A stretch of DNA of 64,000 nucleotides from a virus. The stretch spans positions 7,887 through 71,886 of the IMG/VR virus record IMGVR_UViG_3300036846_001111. One strand, 5' to 3'. The notes beneath the pieces were generated by a model. The model did no database searches. It was not told where the DNA came from and saw only the letters and a program-made list of their open reading frames with translations. The translations under genes and the position numbers were made by a program. This document shows positions 60,101 to 64,000 of the stretch, in pieces. Position 1 is the stretch's first letter, and each line of letters starts with the position of its first letter.

Positions 60101-61338
60101 GTGCCGGTGGCGTTGCCATACCAGTAAAGGGCGGTGCCCAGCCTTGAGGCGAACAGCAGATCAAGCCCGCCGCCGTTCACGATCAGCATCTGGTTCAGGT
60201 ACATCACCCCGCGCGGGCAGAAGCCGGGGACGTTGCGGTAGCGCTGACCGCCGATCGTGTTCCACGTCGGGCCGCCGACACCGGTCATGGTGGTCGAGGG
60301 GACGTTCTGCTTGATGCCGATGTTCCAGTCGGCCTGGGCGCCGAGGCCGCCGCCGGGCGGGCCGTCGATCTGCGGGCCGACCACGGTGCCGGGCAGCACG
60401 CCCTCGTAGAAGCTGTTCGGCGGATAGAGCGGGTCGAGTAGCTCGTCGCCGGGCTGCAGCAGCGGGCCGGCGAAAGCGCTGCCCTGCGAGGTCAGCACGG
60501 TGCCCTCGACCCAGCCGCGGAACTGGGTGTTCTGGCTGGTGGTGATGTTGAGGCCGGTGGTGTTGTGGGCGAGCCCGACCCAGTAGACGTCCGGGTCCGG
60601 GTCGGTGGCGGTGACGAAGAGCCCGGGCGCGACGCCGGGGCCGACGATCGGCTGGCCGATGCCGAGGTACGCCGGGCCGGTCAGCCACTGGCTGATGCGC
60701 ACCCGGCCGTCGTTCAGCATGGCGCCGACGAAGGTCGACTGCGGCACCGAGCGCTCGGCCGCGCAGGCGTAAATCCACTCCTGCAGGCAGACGAAGTCCC
60801 AGTACGTCCCCAGCGGGTAGGGCTGCGCCACCTGCACGCCCGTGCCGCCATCGTCGGGGAGGCCCACCCACTGCGGGTTCGCGGCGATGTCGGCGGCGGT
60901 GATTTTCGCCGGCCCCGAGCCCAGCGTGGTCGGGTTGCCGAGGCTGTCGGGCGGCCCCGAGTAGAACCACGCGGCGTTGATGCGCTCGTCGTAGACGCGC
61001 CACCACATCTGGCCGCTGGCGTCCTTGATCCGGGTGCCGCCGTTGTCGGGCAGCGTCGAGGGGCTGCGCACGAAGAAGCCGGCCTTGTAAACGTCGCTCA
61101 GCAGCACCGAGGTGACCGAGTCGGGGAAGGCGGTGGCGCGCAAGGTGGCGTAGTCGGGGACCGAGGGCGCGCCGCTGCCGCCACCTCCCCCGCCGCCGCC
61201 GGTGCTCGCCACCAGCGCCGCGATCATCCGCGCGGTGGCGCGCCGGTCGACGCCAGCTTGGTTGACCCAAAGCTGCTCGGGCCCGGCGAGCGCGATGGCG
61301 GGCGGCAGGTTGGGGATGGACTGGACCGGGTTGCCCAT
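57175..61338 (-). CDS. Large tail fibre/tailspike (1387 aa) with central beta-helix-like region and repeated FTG.I...LTVTA...G.L..G modules
   Basis: LRA..F...G.FV...LPDNGGT.I....W.R head-binding-like motif; about 6 repeat modules. Confidence 0.8.
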   Translation of the reverse strand: MGNPVQSIPNLPPAIALAGPEQLWVNQAGVDRRATARMIAALVASTGGGGGGGGSGAPSVPDYATLRATAFPDSVTSVLLSDVYKAGFFVRSPSTLPDNGGTRIKDASGQMWWRVYDERINAAWFYSGPPDSLGNPTTLGSGPAKITAADIAANPQWVGLPDDGGTGVQVAQPYPLGTYWDFVCLQEWIYACAAERSVPQSTFVGAMLNDGRVRISQWLTGPAYLGIGQPIVGPGVAPGLFVTATDPDPDVYWVGLAHNTTGLNITTSQNTQFRGWVEGTVLTSQGSAFAGPLLQPGDELLDPLYPPNSFYEGVLPGTVVGPQIDGPPGGGLGAQADWNIGIKQNVPSTTMTGVGGPTWNTIGGQRYRNVPGFCPRGVMYLNQMLIVNGGGLDLLFASRLGTALYWYGNATGTLNVGPAIKFNSLNYSTVKSLQVIDQSLAGVANYLVSLSHTPGAPGLNVQNNTLSDWFISGNYATSKCCIAVSPEGGAAQGDTEMFQLITAAGCDDGITFGGDNAIAGAFWGGQTLACPRYGVAAFGGSFSAYTMLAENDASAYNYFGVPQRYQIHLGGADFFAQQVATESCVCIGTRSEATVGMIDMSHESSVMNWTSGGYFYAWTPNAHWTPQSLLQVTNALDNYALVMIVDDGGPPWMQSDATSTTTVISFTPSPNWPVNKWAGYGIWLLSGRNGSSNVVASNTASTLTLVNPVAAAGAHWWKLFASSGGAAPNWGATTRFGQFARNASGWGATIGKGFNRLASATGLLAGDYVMLPNQGVFPDGTGISCALSGRVQGPQHPGSSGWYLQSAGPTANIFGAPTNPILLGAVPSATGFNFLTGQVSGPAGGAGQYTLAFPQTIGVDFTGSINGALLTVTAVNTGVLAAGQYLGGTGLPTSPPAQITALGSGFTGYVDDGTGGVTPGAILTVTGVTAGAVRLGSPLTGGKVNAGTVIVSQISGPAGGAGTYNVSGAAQLSGQCAFTGTINTSGVLTVSAVASGALIPGHLIQGAGVIPTYVANQISGTTGGVGTYNINVDQNIGPIAMTASWPLSGGGLAAQFTGYIDNGAGSFGNILTVTAMAGGVLGVGQTVNVPVTGGAPGQTALATIGKAVTDTGTGGTGTYTLTGLGNILVPSSAMSANTTGGIGVYVINQTLGAPIASEEMFTGVASTTPPLWDIVDNLGGPVVAANNAIDGFGYYSAGIPDGGLIHMVIDFDAMYGVGALDQCQLGSAGKVTAIGRMDNPGLPGGIQGQAIRPGEGYLGQFSFKNSAVFTVPPRFTVSASTSPYVIGIGFLSQSNVICTVSANNTVLGVQALGPGLIVDIDLFLTPGATIAGGMVVQWDPNTVRAPTPTINIGQSGQQTIVRLKWVGNGNPAAPGGKWWVMAVGGPM

Positions 61339-62243
61339 TACTGCGCCGTCCTCGTCTTCGCCGACTGCGGCTGGCCGGTCTGCGGCAGCGCCGGGTGCGA
61401 GCGCGGGCCGCCGACCTGGGCGGTGACGATCTGCGTCTCGCTCTCCAGCAGCGAGCCAGGGTCGATCGGCGAATAGGCGCCGTAGGCGAAGGCGGTGGCG
61501 GTCATCACGATGACGCTGAACATGCCGTCCGCGAGCGGATTACCCGCGCCCTGCACGGCGATCTGCTGGTTGGGCGCGAGGCCGTGCGGCGCCCGGCAGG
61601 TGACGCGCACGAGCGGGGTGCCGTCGGAGATCATCGAGGTGATGGGGAGCGGCACGCCGTAGTGGACAGGCTGACCATCGGTCTGGGCCAGGGGCATCAC
61701 GGCCTCCAGGGCGTAGCCGGGCGGTCGCCCGGTGGGCGTCGGACCCATTAGCACGGCCCCCGTCTGCTGCGGAGCGGCCCAGGAGAGCGCCGGGATCAGC
61801 ACCATCTGCGCGCCGTCGGTGGTGCCCATCGCGGTCAGGTGGTCGGCCTCGGCCATGCCGATGAAGGTCTCGGCCGGCAGCGCGGTGAGCCCGGTGGTCT
61901 CCATCGCCGTCTTGCCGGGGATCGGGAGGCCGGTCCTCGGGTCGATGGTGGTCTGGCTGAGCCCCATCACCGTGGTCGAGGCGGCGTCGAAGTCCTCGGG
62001 CCTGGGCAGTTGGATCGGCACCGGGTCGGCCGGCAGCACGATCGCCCGGTCGTTCTCCTGCGGGGTGTCGTAGCAGCGGTTGCAGACGAACTGCCAGATC
62101 GGCAGCAGCGCCGCGCCCTGCCACTTCATCTGGTTGCGCAGGTCGACGCGGTTGTACCAGAAGCCGCAGCGGTCGCAGCGCGCGAACGCCTCGGGGTGGG
62201 AGGCGCTGACCCGCGCCCGACCGGAGCGGCTGGCATAGGCCAT
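61338..62243 (-). CDS. Virion protein with N-terminal CxxC...CxxC zinc finger and C-terminal FCCH-like beta domain
   Basis: CDRCGF...VCNRCYD.PQ...ADP.P...PRP; VT...PHGL......V.G. Confidence 0.75.
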   Translation of the reverse strand: MAYASRSGRARVSASHPEAFARCDRCGFWYNRVDLRNQMKWQGAALLPIWQFVCNRCYDTPQENDRAIVLPADPVPIQLPRPEDFDAASTTVMGLSQTTIDPRTGLPIPGKTAMETTGLTALPAETFIGMAEADHLTAMGTTDGAQMVLIPALSWAAPQQTGAVLMGPTPTGRPPGYALEAVMPLAQTDGQPVHYGVPLPITSMISDGTPLVRVTCRAPHGLAPNQQIAVQGAGNPLADGMFSVIVMTATAFAYGAYSPIDPGSLLESETQIVTAQVGGPRSHPALPQTGQPQSAKTRTAQ

Positions 62244-62932
62244 CAGGGCCTCCAGTACCCGCTGACCATCGGCGAGATATAGAACGCCGCGTTCTCGGTG
62301 TTGCGGTTGACGGCGATCTCGTAGGCCTCGTCGGCGAGCGTCTTCAGGCCCGCCGCCATGCCCGGGTTCCACACCTGCGCGAGCCGCTGCGCGAGCGCGG
62401 TGGCGTAGGCCTCAAGGAAGTAGAACGGCATCTCGGGCGACGAAGCGCCGGCCATCACCGCGTCCTGAATCTGCCGCACCCGGTAGTAGTTGACCGCCGC
62501 GTCGCGACCGTCCGGGGTCTGGTAGAAGGTGATCGTCGGGGCGAGAAGTTGGTCGTACCAGAAGGTGGTGATGCCGCCCGGCTGCGCCTTGTTCGAATAG
62601 CTCGCGTACTCGGTGCGGCTGACCGGCAGGATGATGCGGTCGCGCTGCGCCACGCCGGCGCCGCGGCTGGCGTAGGCGTCGAGGATGGCGACGGTGTTCG
62701 CCGGCACCGAGTAGGTGGCGTTGCCGGGGATGATCTGGATGGTCTGCAGGTCGACGGCCCAGAGGTTGATCCCCATCGCGCTCCAGCGCGAGTTGATCAT
62801 GTTCGCCGCGATCCGGGCGCTTTCCATATGGCTTTGGGTAAGCGCGGTGGAGCGCACGCCGGCGACGTTGAAGGCGTAGAGCGTCAGTTCGCCGAGCGAG
62901 GGCGTGAAGCTGAAGGTCCCCGAGGTCGTCAT
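62243..62932 (-). CDS. Tail tubular A / P22 gp4-like adaptor
   Basis: MTTSGT.SF, SAR...N.....W...G.NLW, SR.EY....NK...G, LA..LA motifs. Confidence 0.8.
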   Translation of the reverse strand: MTTSGTFSFTPSLGELTLYAFNVAGVRSTALTQSHMESARIAANMINSRWSAMGINLWAVDLQTIQIIPGNATYSVPANTVAILDAYASRGAGVAQRDRIILPVSRTEYASYSNKAQPGGITTFWYDQLLAPTITFYQTPDGRDAAVNYYRVRQIQDAVMAGASSPEMPFYFLEAYATALAQRLAQVWNPGMAAGLKTLADEAYEIAVNRNTENAAFYISPMVSGYWRP

Positions 62933-63999
62933 CACCCGGCTCCCAGGTAAACGCCGCCGGCATGGATCGTGTACTGGGTGCCGCTGACGAGGCCGTAGAG
63001 GCCGGGGCCGAAGAAGTTGCCCATGTAGTTGTTGCCGTTGATCTCGCCGAGCAGGTTGAGGCCGCTCACCACGCCGAGGAGGTGATCCGCCGGGGCGCCC
63101 GGCAACGGCGTCACCGCGTACTGGCAGTAGCCAGGACCGCCGAATTGGTTCGGCAGCCCCTGGATTTGGAAGGAGTTGGCGGCGGTGGTGTAGGTCAGGG
63201 TGAAGCGGACGTTCACCCAGAACCAGATCAGCATGCCGATCCGCGCATAGCCGCCGCTGGCGGTGACGGCGCTGAAGACCCCGTCGCCCGGCGTCTGCAG
63301 CACCAAGGTCGGCGTGATCGCGGTGTATGCCACCCGGTCACTGAGGCTCTGAGTGCTCGGCTGCGCCGCCACCGGCTGGCCGCTGACGCCGATGCTGGTC
63401 AGGAATTGGTTGGCGACCGCCGCCAGCGACATCACGCCGCCGAGCGAGGCGGCGGCCGGCGGCGGCAGATCGGTCCCAGCCAGCTTGCGCATGCTGGGCG
63501 GCCCGGCCGCGGCGGCCGGGCTCGCCCAGACGCGGCCCTGCGCGAACGATGGCCACACCGGCACCTGCCCGAGCGTCTCGACGCCGGGGATGGAGACGTT
63601 GCCGGCGCCGTCGATGGTCACGTAGTTGGTCGCGCCGTAGAGGCCGAGCGTCGCGAGGTTGGCGGCCGAACCGGCGCCGCCGACGTTGGTGAACCCGAAG
63701 TTAGCCGAGTTGTAGGTGGTGGCCGCGGCGCCCACCGACAGCGCCTCGTTCTGGCCGGTGGCGAGCGCCGGCTTGTAGATCGTCGCGGGGATCGTTCCGA
63801 CGCTGCCGCCGACCGCGATGGCCAGCGAAGAGCCGTTGAACCCGGTCCCGTTCAGCGGGCCGTAGAGGGTGGTGGACTGGTCGGCGTTGAAGGAGGCGGC
63901 AGCGGCGAAGGCCCCGCCGGCGCCCGGCGTGCGCACCCGGATGATGAACTGGCCGCCGATATTGTTCGGGCCGACCACGTTCGTGGCGACGCCCGCCAA
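62932..63999 (-). CDS. Tail fibre protein (5'-truncated by window edge)
   Basis: Open frame to the window end; GP..RKL..DLP fibre motif; G.Y.RIG..... C-terminal knob pattern. Confidence 0.7.
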   Translation of the reverse strand: MAGVATNVVGPNNIGGQFIIRVRTPGAGGAFAAAASFNADQSTTLYGPLNGTGFNGSSLAIAVGGSVGTIPATIYKPALATGQNEALSVGAAATTYNSANFGFTNVGGAGSAANLATLGLYGATNYVTIDGAGNVSIPGVETLGQVPVWPSFAQGRVWASPAAAAGPPSMRKLAGTDLPPPAAASLGGVMSLAAVANQFLTSIGVSGQPVAAQPSTQSLSDRVAYTAITPTLVLQTPGDGVFSAVTASGGYARIGMLIWFWVNVRFTLTYTTAANSFQIQGLPNQFGGPGYCQYAVTPLPGAPADHLLGVVSGLNLLGEINGNNYMGNFFGPGLYGLVSGTQYTIHAGGVYLGAG

Positions 64000-64000
64000 C

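Noticed and set aside
57175-63999. Diversity-generating retroelement acting on tail fibres
   Set aside because: No reverse transcriptase and no TR/VR pair seen; the fibre repeats are diverged protein-level modules

Overview
This window is most of the genome of a GC-rich (~70%) tailed dsDNA phage with a P22/T7-like podovirus structural layout. The host is probably an alphaproteobacterium, judging from the DnaA-C-domain gene and Caulobacter-like promoters; this is inference. The late operon is on the minus strand and is split by the window edges. At 8.5-0 kb it holds terS, terL, portal and a GG-motif protein. At 64-40.8 kb it holds tail fibres, adaptors, nozzle, a multidomain cargo protein, a GNAT-like protein, ejection proteins and tRNA-Gln. 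The major capsid, protease and lysis genes are not visible here. The plus strand (9-40.7 kb) is a long early/accessory region: about 60 small genes including ArdC, an Acb2/Tad1-like sponge, SpoVG-like, DnaA-C, HNH, Prim-Pol/VapE primase-helicase, a RecE/RecT-like pair and two secreted low-complexity proteins. Eight copies of a palindrome-embedded promoter, AGGAC-TTGAC-GTCCT-N..-10, drive much of this region. The most notable observations are: (1) a recurrent [RKYFM]-x-x-G-G motif, often doubled, that brackets discrete domains (Rmf-like, ParB-like, glycosylase-like, lysozyme-like) in four putative virion proteins, suggesting a GG-delimited polyprotein or cargo-delivery system; (2) a likely overprinted membrane-protein gene inside the ejection protein; (3) an inverted GGGACA-repeat/IHF-site element upstream of terS; (4) a tRNA-Gln(UUG) with C1-G72 instead of U1-A72; (5) candidate sRNAs. 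All protein family calls come from motif recognition by eye, not database searches.
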